Shown: positions 49,089-63,614, counted from the first letter of the whole stretch. The stretch is DNA of 63,900 bases, filler included, from Octopus bimaculoides (GCF_001194135.2; 8 parts of 6 records of this genome joined end to end with filler, not necessarily neighbours in it), one strand, 5' to 3'. Made by a program: numbers and translations. The notes: generated by a model not told the origin, from the sequence alone.

Positions 49089-51206
49089 TTTAAAGTAAAG
49101 AATAGAATTCTACAAAAGCAGTTACGATCTATATATTCCCTGTGGAACATGTCAAAACAAGACAATTTCAAATGAAATATAAAAATGTAAAAAAAGGAAG
49201 ACAACAAAATTGAAAACATTATTCAACAAACGCAAGTCGAAGGAATGTAAAACAAGGTCGGAAGGAAGAGCGAATGAAAGAAAAGATTAAAATTGCTGAT
49301 TTCAGCATGCAAATTCTACAAGAAAATTCCTTTTCGGTTAAGTTATTAACGTTAGATATCAAAAAGTTGCATAAATAAAGGAAAATCATAAGCAGAGTTG
49401 AAATGAAATCGTATTTAAAACAGTAAGTTTTTTGTTTTGTCTTTTTTATACTTGTTTGTTCCCCACATCATTCCGTTCAGCAGAATTTTTCTTTGTTGTG
49501 TCTTTCCAGTATGAAAAAACCGTTCTTTGCAAATAAGGTACCAGTCCAAGCTTAATTTACTAAAAAGAAAAAAATAATCACTATCTTAGCATATTTCTTT
49601 GAAATACCATTTTAGAAAATATGGTTAGTTGTTTCAAAGAATATTTATCTTCTAAAGGAAAATTAAAGGTTAAGATGCAAGCTTAAAGAGACAGCATGTT
49701 CCGATTGCTGTTGTTCTTAAACCCCAGGTCATCCTGGTCGAGCACACGCGTGATCAAGAAAATTCCAGCCGTAACCACCACCGCAAAATTTTCTTTTCTG
49801 AGATACTGTTTCCCGGACTAAATTATCCAATGTATTCTTTTTTCCATTCGGTAGGATGTCATTTGTAGGAATTTGACTGTTGCTTTTAGCATGTCGAAAT
49901 ACCACACAGACGTCTGATAATTGAATAATTGTTGATGCTGTTCCTACCGTTGGCGCTGGTGCTGTTGTTGTTGCTGTTATTTAGTCCCAAGTCAATAGTG
50001 CAGATCTGTGTCATTTTGGAAGTTGCCAAACGACTAAATCCGAAACGCAAATCTCTTCTTCTGGATACAAGGATTTGCTGAAAAGTTTATAAGCTGACCA
50101 AGATACTCTCAAGGAATGTGACCAAATGAGGTTTATTTTACAACATAATCCTCCTTGCAGTCCACATACTTCTGCCTAATAAAGGGCCAGACACTATACT
50201 ACAGCATTCAAAAGTTTGTCGTACGCGTATTGTGTGATAGTCAGAGAATGTACTTTTTATATCATTGTTCAGGTTGCTATTTATTGTGGTCATCTAGTCA
50301 CAGGCCAGCCTTTACATATCAGTCCCTTGATGTTCTAGCTTTGAACATTTGAACACCTATTCCTTTACTTTTTCTTTTCTCTTTTTTCATACGCTATTTA
50401 GCACCACATTCTCCAATATGTTCTAAAAAGCATATTACATGATTTGAGGAGTATTTGTTATTTCTAGCCGGTCCAATAACCACATAGAGGCCTCCCTCTT
50501 ATATGCGTGTACATTCTAATGGTGACTACATTGTGATCATCACCAGAAGCTAAGTGATTCAATTTCAACCAGATAGTTGTTGTTCCATTATTCTTCTGCA
50601 TTTATCATTAATAACAAACATCTCAGCATAATACGTCATTCACAACTGATATACATGTTTTAGAAAATTCCTTTCAGCTATGCAGGTGAGAAAATAGGCA
50701 AAACATGTAAAGTGCGGTCAATAAATGAAAACCAAGAGAACAAATAATGTATTAGCTTACTTAAATTGTTTAATGCTTCTATTATATTTCACGTATTGAA
50801 ATGTTTCAACTAAATTACAATACTCTTAAGGCTGTGTAGTTTACAATCTTACTTTGCAACTACATGGTTTCGGGTTCAGTCCCAGTGTGTGCTACCTTGA
50901 GCAAATCTCTTTTCCTATAACCCTGAGTCGACCAATGCATCCTGAGTGAACTTTGTAGATGGAAACTGTGTGGAAGTTCGTATATATATATATATACATA
51001 CATACATACATANNNNNNNNNNNNNNNNNNNNNNNNNNNNNNNNNNNNNNNNNNNNNNNNNNNNNNNNNNNNNNNNNNNNNNNNNNNNNNNNNNNNNNNN
51101 NNNNNNNNNNNNNNNNNNNNNNNNNNNNNNNNNNNNNNNNNNNNNNNNNNNNNNNNNNNNNNNNNNNNNNNNNNNNNNNNNNNNNNNNNNNNNNNNNNNN
51201 NNNNNN

Positions 51207-51888
51207 ACGAGGGGCTGCGTGCACTCCAACATTTCCTTAACCTTCGATCCAACCCCCAACCCGACACCTCCACACTCGTTCGTCTGGCCGTCTCAACTGC
51301 TTCTCGTTCGCGGGTGATTTCTACCAGCATTTCTCGGGAGTGGCCATGGGAACGAGAACGGGCCCTAACTATGCGAATCTGTTCGTTGGCTACGTTGAGG
51401 CCCAAATATTCTCAAGTTTCACTGGTCCCACTCCCGAATCATATGGCCGTTATATTGACGACTGTATCGGTGCGACCTCACTCTCCCACGAACATCTAGA
51501 CTCCTTCCTCTCTGTTGTCAAATCTTTCCATCCTGCCTTCCACTTCTCTTGCACTATCTCTGACACCTCTGTCTCCTTTCTTGACATTTCGGTCAGCATT
51601 CATCACTCCACTCTCACCACTTCCATTCACTACAAACACACAAACTCACACTCGTACCACAACTTCTCCTCCTCCCGCCCTAAACACACCAATCTTTCCA
51701 TCCCCTATTCCAAATTTCTCCGTCTACGGAGGCTCTGTAGTAACGACCATGACTTTGAGACTCAGTCTCAACTCATGGCTCGCCACTTCATCCTATGTGG
51801 ATATCCCCTCACCACTATCCACACCACCCTTGCCAGAGCACTTCCGTGGATCGTGCATCTGCTCTCTCCCCCCGAACCCACCCCGCCG
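51207..51888 (+). mobile_element. Penelope-like element, RT/thumb fragment (second family), bounded by gaps
   Basis: AMGTRTGPNYANLFVG, YGRYIDDC, FLDISV and SIPYSKFLRLRRLCS motifs. Confidence 0.9.
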
Positions 51889-52346
51889 NNNNNNNNNNNN
51901 NNNNNNNNNNNNNNNNNNNNNNNNNNNNNNNNNNNNNNNNNNNNNNNNNNNNNNNNNNNNNNNNNNNNNNNNNNNNNNNNNNNNNNNNNNNNNNNNNNNN
52001 NNNNNNNNNNNNNNNNNNNNNNNNNNNNNNNNNNNNNNNNNNNNNNNNNNNNNNNNNNNNNNNNNNNNNNNNNNNNNNNNNNNNNNNNNNNNNNNNNNNN
52101 NNNNNNNNNNNNNNNNNNNNNNNNNNNNNNNNNNNNNNNNNNNNNNNNNNNNNNNNNNNNNNNNNNNNNNNNNNNNNNNNNNNNNNNNNNNNNNNNNNNN
52201 NNNNNNNNNNNNNNNNNNNNNNNNNNNNNNNNNNNNNNNNNNNNNNNNNNNNNNNNNNNNNNNNNNNNNNNNNNNNNNNNNNNNNNNNNNNNNNNNNNNN
52301 NNNNNNNNNNNNNNNNNNNNNNNNNNNNNNNNNNNNNNNNNNNNNN

Positions 52347-52380
<34 letters not shown>

Positions 52381-55300
52381 TATATACAAACACATACATA
52401 TATACGTATGTGTAGTATGTGCGTGTAATGTGTGTGTGAGATTCCAAATGTAAGTGTGTGTGTTCATGTATGTGCAAACAAGGCGAGGACAAAAAGAATG
52501 AAGAAATGTAGAGAATGAAAGCAAAAGAAGAAATGAGAAGAATGAAAGAAACAAAGAAAGCGAGTGAGAAAAGAAAAAGAGGCTGGGTGAGAGAGAGAAA
52601 GAGAGGAGCTTCGTATTCAATTGCTTTCAGTCTAAAGAGAAATTGTTTCGAAGTGATTGAGTGTTTTGATCTATTCTTAAACGGAGAGAGTAAAATAATA
52701 CTATATTGGAAAATATACCGTGTGAAATACAATTGCTCAAAAATCGGAAATTTCTTGAAGCATTGTACGATCGATTTATGGCGAACATTAATCATGGTGG
52801 TATATAATTTAAATGTGCTAGCCTCTATGTTATCCTGTATGTATATTATCATGTTACAGAAACAGGCAGTGTTTTGCTATTCACGCTTCTGTATAGCTAT
52901 TATGATAGGCTACATGTTATTACACAAATAATACAGTTTTTTCTTGAACAATAACACATATAATAATATATAATACTTGAATTCTCTACAATAAGTTATT
53001 AAATGGTAGAATTTATGACAAATAATGTGCAGATATAAAATGAGTGAATGAATGAATAAATAAATACAAATAACATAAACGCCTGCTAAATGAAAACGTG
53101 CCAGATTCATCGATAAATTATACCTGTAGTTGCTATAACATGATTCCGGTAGTATTTGTTGTGGCATATTAAATGGTACGGAGTGGATACCATGATACAT
53201 TCTGAGTTTTAATCCTTCTTTCTGCTTTTTGAACACTTCTGAAATTTGGTGGGAGGGGGCTAGTTGATTACATTGACCCCAGTGTTTAACTGGTAGGGCT
53301 TCCTTTAGTTTTCCGTCAAATAAATTTACTTACAAAGCTTTGATCGGCCCGAAGCTATAGGTCAAAATATTTCCCGAAGGTGCCACGCAATGGCACTAAA
53401 CCCGGAACCATGTGGTTGGCAAGCAAACTTTTTACCACACAGCCAACAGTGTGTAATAGCATGTGACAAGGCTTGATTTTTGAGTTTTCAGTTAAAATTA
53501 CAATAATCCTTCTGAGAAGCTTCCATGCAGATCCCGTCCTCCCGATTCTACTCTCAAGGTCTGAGACGAGCCAGTGGTATTGTAAAGATACTTACCCTGC
53601 ATGTCATGTAGTGGGATTGAACCTACGACCTAATAATTGCGAAGTGAGCGTCTTCACCATTCGATTATATATTTCTAGTGTGTCTAGAACCACATTATCT
53701 AATGTAATCTTATTTTTTTAAGATGGAAGGCCGTAAGTTGAAGGAGATTTGATTGCGATTTCTAACGATATTTTAGACAATTTACAGTAGAAAATTTTAT
53801 TGTTTTAAAAATCACATTTCTACTTAAAATGCTTTGATCTTAAAATGCTGGTTAATCGACTGGAAAAATGCAGTAGATTTCGTTACTTATAAACCAAGCT
53901 GGAAAGTTAAAAACAATATTCCGTTGATATTTTTTGTATTGTATTAGCAATTTTTGCTTTGGATGATTTTAGACATCATATATGACTGATTCTGTCTTGT
54001 TTGCCTTAAGAAAATTTGCATAATAAACAAGATAATTTTCATAAAACAAAATGAAAAATTTCTTGATAAATTGTAATTGCTTCATTACATTATCAACTTT
54101 TAGATAAATTTAAAATTAAAACTGCAACACCAAAATAATTATTTCCAATAAAATAATATCCAAACCAGTAAAATAAGTAAACATAATGTAATACCTCAGT
54201 TTTATGCAAATATTTCGATGACATTTAATCTTCTCTCCAATTCGCTTCAAATCCTTTTCCTAACGTTTTACTGTGTGAGCTAAATTTTGAAAATGTTGCA
54301 AATCCACTTCACTGAACTTCTCTAATTATCGTCTAAGGTAAAACAAGCAAAATAACATCTAACGGGATCGAATCAAGCGAATATAATTTCTTATTCAAGG
54401 GTTTATTGGTGTGATGGTTAATACAGAAAAGGTATTAATGATGATTTAATTTTAGCTCATGAAAATCAATACCCGAGAAATGTTTCATACTATTTTATGT
54501 TCGAGTGCCTCACTTGAAAAACATTCACCAATATCTTCTATCTTGATTCCAAATTGGAATGATACAGCATATAATGTGAAAATTGAAACGAAACGACAAA
54601 AAAAAGAAAAGGATATACCGCTAAGCGCAAAGAAACTGAAATACCTTCCAGTTATATATGCTAGAAAAATTGGTATTAAATTTTCAATATGATTAAATTT
54701 TTACTGAATTAGTCAATCAGCGCTAATTGAAACTGGAAAATTTGAGGTTTCTTGAACTCGAGGGTTTCAGCTCGAGTGCACAATTTAGGTGAAGCTATAT
54801 CATAAAAAGCAGCCGTCCGCCGTCCTCATTTCAATGANNNNNNNNNNNNNNNNNNNNNNNNNNNNNNNNNNNNNNNNNNNNNNNNNNNNNNNNNNNNNNN
54901 NNNNNNNNNNNNNNNNNNNNNNNNNNNNNNNNNNNNNNNNNNNNNNNNNNNNNNNNNNNNNNNNNNNNNNNNNNNNNNNNNNNNNNNNNNNNNNNNNNNN
55001 NNNNNNNNNNNNNNNNNNNNNNNNNNNNNNNNNNNNNNNNNNNNNNNNNNNNNNNNNNNNNNNNNNNNNNNNNNNNNNNNNNNNNNNNNNNNNNNNNNNN
55101 NNNNNNNNNNNNNNNNNNNNNNNNNNNNNNNNNNNNNNNNNNNNNNNNNNNNNNNNNNNNNNNNNNNNNNNNNNNNNNNNNNNNNNNNNNNNNNNNNNNN
55201 NNNNNNNNNNNNNNNNNNNNNNNNNNNNNNNNNNNNNNNNNNNNNNNNNNNNNNNNNNNNNNNNNNNNNNNNNNNNNNNNNNNNNNNNNNNNNNNNNNNN

Positions 55301-55577
55301 NNNNNNNNNNNNNNNNNNNNNNNNNNNNNNNNNNNNNNNNNNNNNNNNNNNNNNNNNNNNNNNNNNNATTATATCTAATAAAATTAAAATATTTAAATTA
55401 GTTTATCACAATTTTTAGTAACATTATTGAATTATTTCCGTCATGAAAAGAAGCGTTTAATTTTTTTCCCCATTTAAAAAAATTCATAAATTTAAGTAGG
55501 TGTTTCATTTAAATTTGTCGCACTTGTGATGTTAGCTTAGAGGACTTTGTTTCATCTGCTTTTTTTAATTCATTCCA

Positions 55578-55651
<74 letters not shown>

Positions 55652-56349
55652 CATTATTATTATTATCTTGATCTGTTTGATCTTACTTTTTCCTACAGCT
55701 ATTTTTATATATCCAAAGCTTGTAAACAGATGCGTGATATTTTTTTTTCTTTTAAGAATGGAGCACTTGGTACAATGTTAAATCCTCCAAGACTAATGGG
55801 TTCGATGGAGTTTATTTTGAGCTACAAATTTCACCGAAAATCGTTGACAGTAAAGAAATTACAGAGGTTTGCGACTGTATGTAAAAATGACTGAAAAAAT
55901 GTTTGTGAGACGGGAAATACTTTGCGAGATGAGACAGAGTATGGATGATTAGAAAGCTAGAAACAGATACATTAATTAGGCTTAGCAGATGGTGGTAATT
56001 AAATTCTAACTTCAGAGAGGCATAGGCTGTTATAGTTTCAAGTAGAAGTTTCAGGAACAAGAAAACAGTCCGAGTGTAGACTTGTTGTGATATCGTATTA
56101 GTAATGAGTCTTTGCCAATCATCCGAGTTACATTTTATCACACCGTGAGCAGTATTCGATAGATGCGCAATTCAATTTCAATTTCTGTATGTGATACTCT
56201 CCATTTTTTACGTGTCTTGTGTTGTGCCTGTTAATCTCCGTAAATCTTAATCGTNNNNNNNNNNNNNNNNNNNNNNNNNNNNNNNNNNNNNNNNNNNNNN
56301 NNNNNNNNNNNNNNNNNNNNNNNNNNNNNNNNNNNNNNNNNNNNNNNNN

Positions 56350-58560
56350 TGAGTTCATGGTTTAAAATATTTACAAACACCAAAATTGGTTATGCATTCA
56401 TATTCAGGAGTGGTTTGTATTTTTCAATAAATATATTCTCTCTATTTAAACTTTCTTATATAGAAACTGTTTCCTTGCACTGGTAGATGAGGAAAACCAT
56501 GAAGTTTGGTTGGATATTCCCTGCACAGCTCTCTATGTGTTCACTCAATGGTATCTGTCTATTCCTTGGGAAACGGATCTGTCCCTTATGGCTTATATAG
56601 TTATGTCTACAACATGAATTAAATTTTTCGATTCACAAGATAAATTGGTCTTAATTGTGAATCTCTGTCCATGTTTGAAATGGAATTCCGAACCTTCCAG
56701 TAAGATGAGGCATGTTCCACAATTTAGACGTCCACATTTTTTAATTATTGATTTCTTTGTTGTTGAGTATAGCTTCGCATTTGTCAGAAGTATTTTTAGT
56801 GATTTGGGTTGTTTTTTACATTTGATGAATTTGTGTGTTTGCAGAATGTGGTTCATCTTTGAATCCCTAGTAAACATTGGTAGATTTTGAATAATGGTGT
56901 TGTTTGCTTCGTTGTTTCTAGGGTTGTGTGTCGATATATAGGATAGTATTTTTTGATGAGGTGTGGGATTTCATTTTGTTCCCCTTAGTGTTTTGGTGCT
57001 TACCTTCTTGACACGTTTAATTCCATCATCTATAAGTGAGGGTGGATAGTGTCTCTCGACTACTGTTGTTCTGAGGTCTTTAAGTCGAAGGTCCCGAGTA
57101 TTTGCATCAGAAACTATTATGCAAATCATTTTCGCTAAATTAAAAGGAGTATTTCTTTTGATGCGTTTCGGGTGGTATGAACTAAACAGAAGATATTGCT
57201 TTGAGTCTGTTAGTTTATGATAAATATCGGTTGCAATTTGGTTGGTGCCTTTTTTCTATCAAAATATCTAGGAATGCTAATTGTTCTTTGCTGTACTCCA
57301 TTGTAAACTGAATATTTGAATTTATACTATTTACTAATGATTTAAATTCGAAAAGTTTATTAATGGTCTCATTCCAAATGATAAAGCAGTCGTCCAGATA
57401 TCTTTTCCAGTTTTCTCTTGTATAAAGGTAAAATGGGTATCCATATTTTTGCAGTGATATTTCATATATGGTTAGTTCTAAATATCCCTTTATTAGGTTC
57501 GCAAGAACTGGGGATGCTTTTGTTCCCATCACAATTCCACATTTTTGTCGTTAGTGAGTATCATCAAATAGAAAGTAATTGTTCTGGAGAACAAATTTTA
57601 AAGTTTCAATAATAAAATTCTGGTTCGTGCATTCCGGAAGTTATTCGGGAATAATTTTCCAGCCAGAATTTTATTGTTTCTATTCCATAGTAGTGTGGGA
57701 TATTGGTGTATAAATTAACGATATCGAAGGAAACCATGATTGTCTCTTCAATAATTGTTTTCGGTAAGTGGTTTAGCATATCTAGATCGTCTCTAATAAA
57801 ATTTTTGATATGTTTCAAAAGAGGTCTCAGTAAGATTTCTAGAAAGTTGCTTAGGCGGTGGGTTTCACACGCTGGACCAGCTATAAAGGGTCTTAACTTT
57901 AAATCTTCTGGTGCTTGGATATTGATGTATATGCCTGGTGATTATTTGCAAGCTTCATTAATTATCTGGCACTTATGTATTTTAGGTAGGCCATAGAAAA
58001 TGCTAGGTCTGCATTTAAAGTTCCTTTTCTGTCAGACCTTTTCCTTGTAGATGAATTTAGGGCACAAAATTTTTCATTGTTTTTTGTTGTTTACAGTTTG
58101 CAACTTTTTGGTAGAAAGTATCGTTTTCTAACATTGAGAGTACTAGGTTTTTGTAGTACACTGTGTCCATCAGGACTACAGCACTTCCTTCTTTGATTGT
58201 CAGCTCCTCGTCGTTCTGCAGTTCAATTAGATTGTTTTCCATTCTATATTGTTGAGGTTTGAGTTAATTCTTCGCTTGTGTTAAGTATTCGGGAAATTCA
58301 GGATATAGTCGCGGAAGTCACTTACCGTTTTATTCCTACCTTTAGGTAGAAGATAATTGCTTTTGTTTTTGACCAGTGGTTCATCCTCGTTTTCGTAATC
58401 AACTAATGCTTTTGTAAGCCGTATTTTCTGCAAAATTCCGTAATACTGTCTTTAATTTCATTCTGATTCGATCTACGAAGTGTTGGGGTAAATTTTAAGG
58501 CGGCTAAAGAATGGATGCATGCATTTGTTGTTTTTGAATATTTGTATATGTTTTATTATG
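56350..58560 (-). mobile_element. Near-full-length decayed Penelope-like element (RT plus GIY-YIG)
   Basis: SFDIVNLYTNIPH, MGTKASPVLANL, WKRYLDDCFIIW, FLDILI; Cys-rich linker KKCGRLNCGTC...FTIKTNLSCESKNLI before the GIY-YIG region. Confidence 0.92.
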
Positions 58561-58586
58561 ACATTTTGTATCTTATATTATTGTTG

Positions 58587-58644
<58 letters not shown>

Positions 58645-58951
58645 TATAGGGAGAGAGAGAGAGGAAAGAGGCGGCGAGAGGGGGAGAGAGGGGGATAACA
58701 GAAGTTGGAAAATCTATAGGTAGTAGTTATTCACCATTACACATGTTTCATTTGTTAATAGGAATTACAAATATACACGCACACATATGAATATGAATAA
58801 AAAGAACCATGCACATGTACAGATTTAGAAGGATATAAATAAGTTTATTCATGTAGAGCTTCACAAACATAAGTACATACAAGCATACTCATATATACCG
58901 GTGTATATGTATATATGCATACACAACTCTACTAATACATACAACACATAC

Positions 58952-58985
<34 letters not shown>

Positions 58986-59560
58986 TCACATACATACATA
59001 CTGAGATATATATACATAAAGACATGCACATACACGCACTCATATATATACTTGTACATAGACTCATGTACATACATATACGCGCACACACATACACGCA
59101 CATTCACACACGCACATTTCTATATACACAAATATTCGTATATACTTATATTTATATATACATACAAATACATATACACAATCACACACTCATATATACA
59201 CCCACAAGATCATACATATACACATTTACTTGCATACATCAACACACGCCAAATATGAACGAAGGATATAATAGTTACATGTATCTTTTTGATACGACAA
59301 AAATACAGATATATGTATGAAAAAATATATAAGTAAATATAAAAATAAGACTCAATTTTGCCATGGGAGAAGGAAGAAATATAGATATGTATGTATACAA
59401 ATAACAAAGAACAAAAATATTAATAGTAACCGTAATACCATCTATATGTCTATATGAGTAGACAATCATAAAATCACATACATGTACGTATACAATTTAT
59501 TGGACATAAGCGCAACATTTGAAGAAGTGTGTATGTATATATATATATAGAGAGAGAGAG

Positions 59561-59631
<71 letters not shown>

Positions 59632-59780
59632 CATATATATACATATATACATATGCATATATNNNNNNNNNNNNNNNNNNNNNNNNNNNNNNNNNNNNNN
59701 NNNNNNTTAATTAATTAANNNNNNNNNNNNNNNNNNNNNNNNNNNNNNNNNNNNNNNNNNNNAAATCATAACTCTGTTCC

Positions 59781-60041
59781 GAATCCAGGTAAAAAGTCAC
59801 AGGTGAAAAAGTCACGGAAAAAAAGTCACTGGGGTTTTATCCGGGTGGGGGGTTGTCCGAGGAGGTTTTGTCCTAGTGTGGTTTTGTCCGGTTTCCATAA
59901 ATCAATTGTGACTTTTTTCCTGTGACTTTATTACCGACCACCATAAATTAATTGTGACTTTTCCTGTGACCTTTTTTCCTAGCCGATATATCGTAACTTT
60001 ATTACTGTGACATTTTATCCTGTGACTTAATTACCGGTCAC
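59781..60041. mobile_element. MULE-type foldback MITE with 9-bp TSD
   Basis: CTCTGTTCC duplicated at 59772-59780 and 60042-60050; AAAAAGTCAC repeats on the left and GTGACTTTT repeats on the right. Confidence 0.75.
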
Positions 60042-60188
60042 CTCTGTTCCATCTGGGGACTAAACGAACAACAATTGCAACAACAACGACGAAGATAACT
60101 ACAATAGCGACGACGATTACAACATCAATGACATAATGGATTGTAACTTAGACACAAGGCCAGTAATTTTGAGGGGCGAGGGTTAGAT

Positions 60189-61141
60189 TAGTGGTTCTCA
60201 ACCATTTTTTTTTTGTTCACGGATCCCTTCGATTCCTATTTTAATCGGGTGGACCGATTATAGCTACTGAATGTTTAAGAAAAATCCCATTATATTTCTA
60301 GAATTAAATATTAGGAATTGCCTAAAAAAATGTGAAGATATAGGCACAGGAGCGGCTGTGTGGTAAGTAGCTTGCTTACCAACCACATGGTTCCGAGTTC
60401 AGCCCTACTGCGTGACACCTTGGGCGAGTATCTTCCACTGTAGCCTCGGGCCGACCAAAGCCTTGTGAGTGGATTTGGTAGACGGAAACTGAAAGTCCGT
60501 CGTATATATGTATATATATATATATNNNNNNNNNNNNNNNNNNNNNNNNNNNNNNNNNNNNNNNNNNNNNNNNNNNNNNNNNNNNNNNNNNNNNNNNNNN
60601 NNNNNNNNNNNNNNNNNNNNNNNNNNNNNNNNNNNNNNNNNNNNNNNNNNNNNNNNNNNNNNNNNNNNNNNNNNNNNNNNNNNNNNNNNNNNNNNNNNNN
60701 NNNNNNNNNNNNNNNNNNNNNNNNNNNNNNNNNNNNNNNNNNNNNNNNNNNNNNNNNNNNNNNNNNNNNNNNNNNNNNNNNNNNNNNNNNNNNNNNNNNN
60801 NNNNNNNNNNNNNNNNNNNNNNNNNNNNNNNNNNNNNNNNNNNNNNNNNNNNNNNNNNNNNNNNNNNNNNNNNNNNNNNNNNNNNNNNNNNNNNNNNNNN
60901 NNNNNNNNNNNNNNNNNNNNNNNNNNNNNNNNNNNNNNNNNNNNNNNNNNNNNNNNNNNNNNNNNNNNNNNNNNNNNNNNNNNNNNNNNNNNNNNNNNNN
61001 NNNNNNNNNNNNNNNNNNNNNNNNNNNNNNNNNNNNNNNNNNNNNNNNNNNNNNNNNNNNNNNNNNNNNNNNNNNNNNNNNNNNNNNNNNNNNNNNNNNN
61101 NNNNNNNNNNNNNNNNNNNNNNNNNNNNNNNNNNNNNNNNN

Positions 61142-61189
<48 letters not shown>

Positions 61190-61517
61190 TGTATGTGTTT
61201 GTGTGTCTGTGTTTGTACCCCCATCATCGCTTGACAACCAATGCTGGTGTGTTTACATCCCCGTAACTTAGCGGTTCGGCAAAAAGAGACCGATAGAATA
61301 AGTACTAGGCTTACAAAGAATAAGTCTTGGGGTCGATTTTCTCGATTAAAGGTGGCGCTCCAATATGGCCGCAGTCAAATCACTGAAACAAGTAAAAGAG
61401 TAAAGAGTATATTTGGTAGAAGGATAGCAATTTATTTCACATAAATTTTAAGAAAAGAAAAAAAAATATCTGATATGGACTCTTAGGGGTCATGTGGACC
61501 TTGGTTGAGAACTATTG
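60189..61517. mobile_element. hAT-like MITE interrupted by a CORE-like SINE (about 60340-61410)
   Basis: TAGTGGTTCTCAACC left end and GGTTGAGAACTATTG right end, with SINE head and tail in between. Confidence 0.65.
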
Positions 61518-61814
61518 GGTCAGACGATCTTGTCTTTACATTAAGCCAGTTGGAAGCCCTCATTTGCGACGAATGATACAAGTCAGACGATAGCCTCGCC
61601 AGCAAAAGATGATAGGCTGTCGACCTAAAGCAAGCTGTGCTTCCTCAATTAGGCTCTAATATTCACTATTTTACTTGTCTCAGTCATTTGACTGCGGCCA
61701 TGCTGGAGCACCGCNNNNNNNNNNNNNNNNNNNNNNNNNNNNNNNNNNNNNNNNNNNNTTAATTAATTAANNNNNNNNNNNNNNNNNNNNNNNNNNNNNN
61801 NNNNNNNNNNNNNN

Positions 61815-62014
61815 CTTACTTCCTGTTTCTGTTGTGCCTGTAATTCAAAGGGCCAGCCTTATCACACTGTGTCACGCTGAATATCCCCGAGAACTACGTT
61901 TAGGGTACACGTGCTCTGTGGAGTGCTCAGCCACTTGCACGTTAATTTCAGGAGCAGGCTGTTCCGTTGATCTGATCAACTGGAACCTTTGACATCGTAA
62001 GCGACGGAGTACCA

Positions 62015-62066
<52 letters not shown>

Positions 62067-62075
62067 TTACTACTA
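61815..62075 (+). mobile_element. SINE-like 3' region ending in (TAC)n
   Basis: GC-richer non-coding segment ending GACGGAGTACCAAC(TAC)n; 5' end lost at the linker. Confidence 0.45.
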
Positions 62076-62848
62076 CAAGTCACCAGCAAAACCATCGCAA
62101 CCACTATCACCATCGTAAAGCTGAAGATCCAACCACCACACACTGCAGGCTCACAAAAACCTCGAACAAGATTATCCGAGCGATCAGTAGTAAAATACTC
62201 CCTCAGCAGATGTTGAAAGTCTTTATTAATCCTTTAGCATTCGGATTACTCTGTTAACCCTAGTGTTCATTTGTTCACATTGTTTTGAATTAATCGTGTA
62301 ATTATCTCGTAGCTTCGAGACTTCGATGATGTGATCGTTTATTTTTAGAATGACATTGTGAGACATGTGTGAGAAGTTGGATCTGGTCAGTTTTAACATG
62401 ACAAAGGAGAATATTTGGGTCTGATATGGCACGGGAGACAATTCCAACGAACTAAGTTGATCACATTAATACAAATTTAAGTCGATATATTGTTCAAGGG
62501 TTCTCAACCGGAGTTGATATGACCCCTGAGGGTCCATATAAGATTTGGGGTGAGGGTTCGTGCAACAAAAGAGTAAATTGGGGGAATTACAATAGTATTT
62601 TAAGGGCACTTGAAAAAAATTTGCTTTAGATGTATGTATCAGTATGCTTTGCAAGAAACAACTTAATTTCTTTCTCAAATGTTTTACATAGTTCAACCTA
62701 CACAAATGAATGTGTGAAAACAAAATAGGAATTTTGAAAGAAGTTTCTATAAAACTAGTTTTTAAACATCAAATGGCTATGGCGGGTCCACCAGAAGAAA
62801 ATTGTAATCAAAGGAGTACTTAGATAAAAAAAAAAATGGTTGAGAACC

Positions 62849-63014
62849 ATAGGCGCAGGAGTGGCTGTGTGGTAAGTAGCTTGCTTACCAACCACATGGT
62901 TCCGGGTTCAGTCCCACTGCGTAGCACCTAGGGCAAGTGTCTTCTACTATAGCCTCGGGCCGACTAAAGCCTTGTGAGTGGATTTGGTAGACGGAAACTG
63001 AAAGAAGCCCGTCG

Positions 63015-63051
<37 letters not shown>

Positions 63052-63278
63052 CTGTGTTTGTCCCCCACCCCCAACATCGCTTGATAACCGATGTTGGTGT
63101 GTTTTCGTCCCCGTAACATTAGCGGTTCGGCAAAAAAAGACCGATAGAATAAGTACTAGGCTTACAAAGAATAAGTCATGGGGTCGATTCGCTCGACAAA
63201 AGGCGGTGCTCCAGCATGGCCGCAGTCAAATGACTGAAACAAGTAAAAAGAGTAAAAGAGTAAAAGAGTAAAGAGTAA
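62849..63278 (+). mobile_element. Complete CORE-like SINE, inserted into the right TIR of a hAT-like MITE (62495-62848)
   Basis: Head, body, internal (TA)(TG)n and (AGTAAAAG)n tail; the MITE TIR stops at GGTTGAGAACC. Confidence 0.88.
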
Positions 63279-63614
63279 CCCCTGATATAGAGTCACTATT
63301 CCAGCAACTAATACTCTACTCAGACCAATAAGAATAAAATAATCCAAAACGTCCACTGGTTAATCACGGTTGACTAATAATGTTTTTTACTATCCAACTT
63401 ATCCTTCATTTATTTTATTAAATAATTCTTCCCTTGCATATTTAAGAATTGTTATTATTTATTTTTTGTTTTTTTACCCTTTTTATCTTCTTTCTTTACC
63501 TTCTATGTTATCTTATTTCTATTTTACTTTATTGTATCTTTACTAACATCTATAACTCACTAGCTAAATACATAAGCATCAAGAAAAATATTAACTTTTG
63601 TTCAATAAACTCAT

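Noticed and set aside
53110-53230. Minus-strand exon candidate VFKKQKEGLKLRMYHG
   Set aside because: The acceptor is supplied by a SINE end and the donor is weak; no family was recognised.
54000-54450. Minus-strand hydrophobic stretch resembling a receptor TM segment
   Set aside because: It has multiple stops in very AT-rich DNA, and the similarity is impressionistic.
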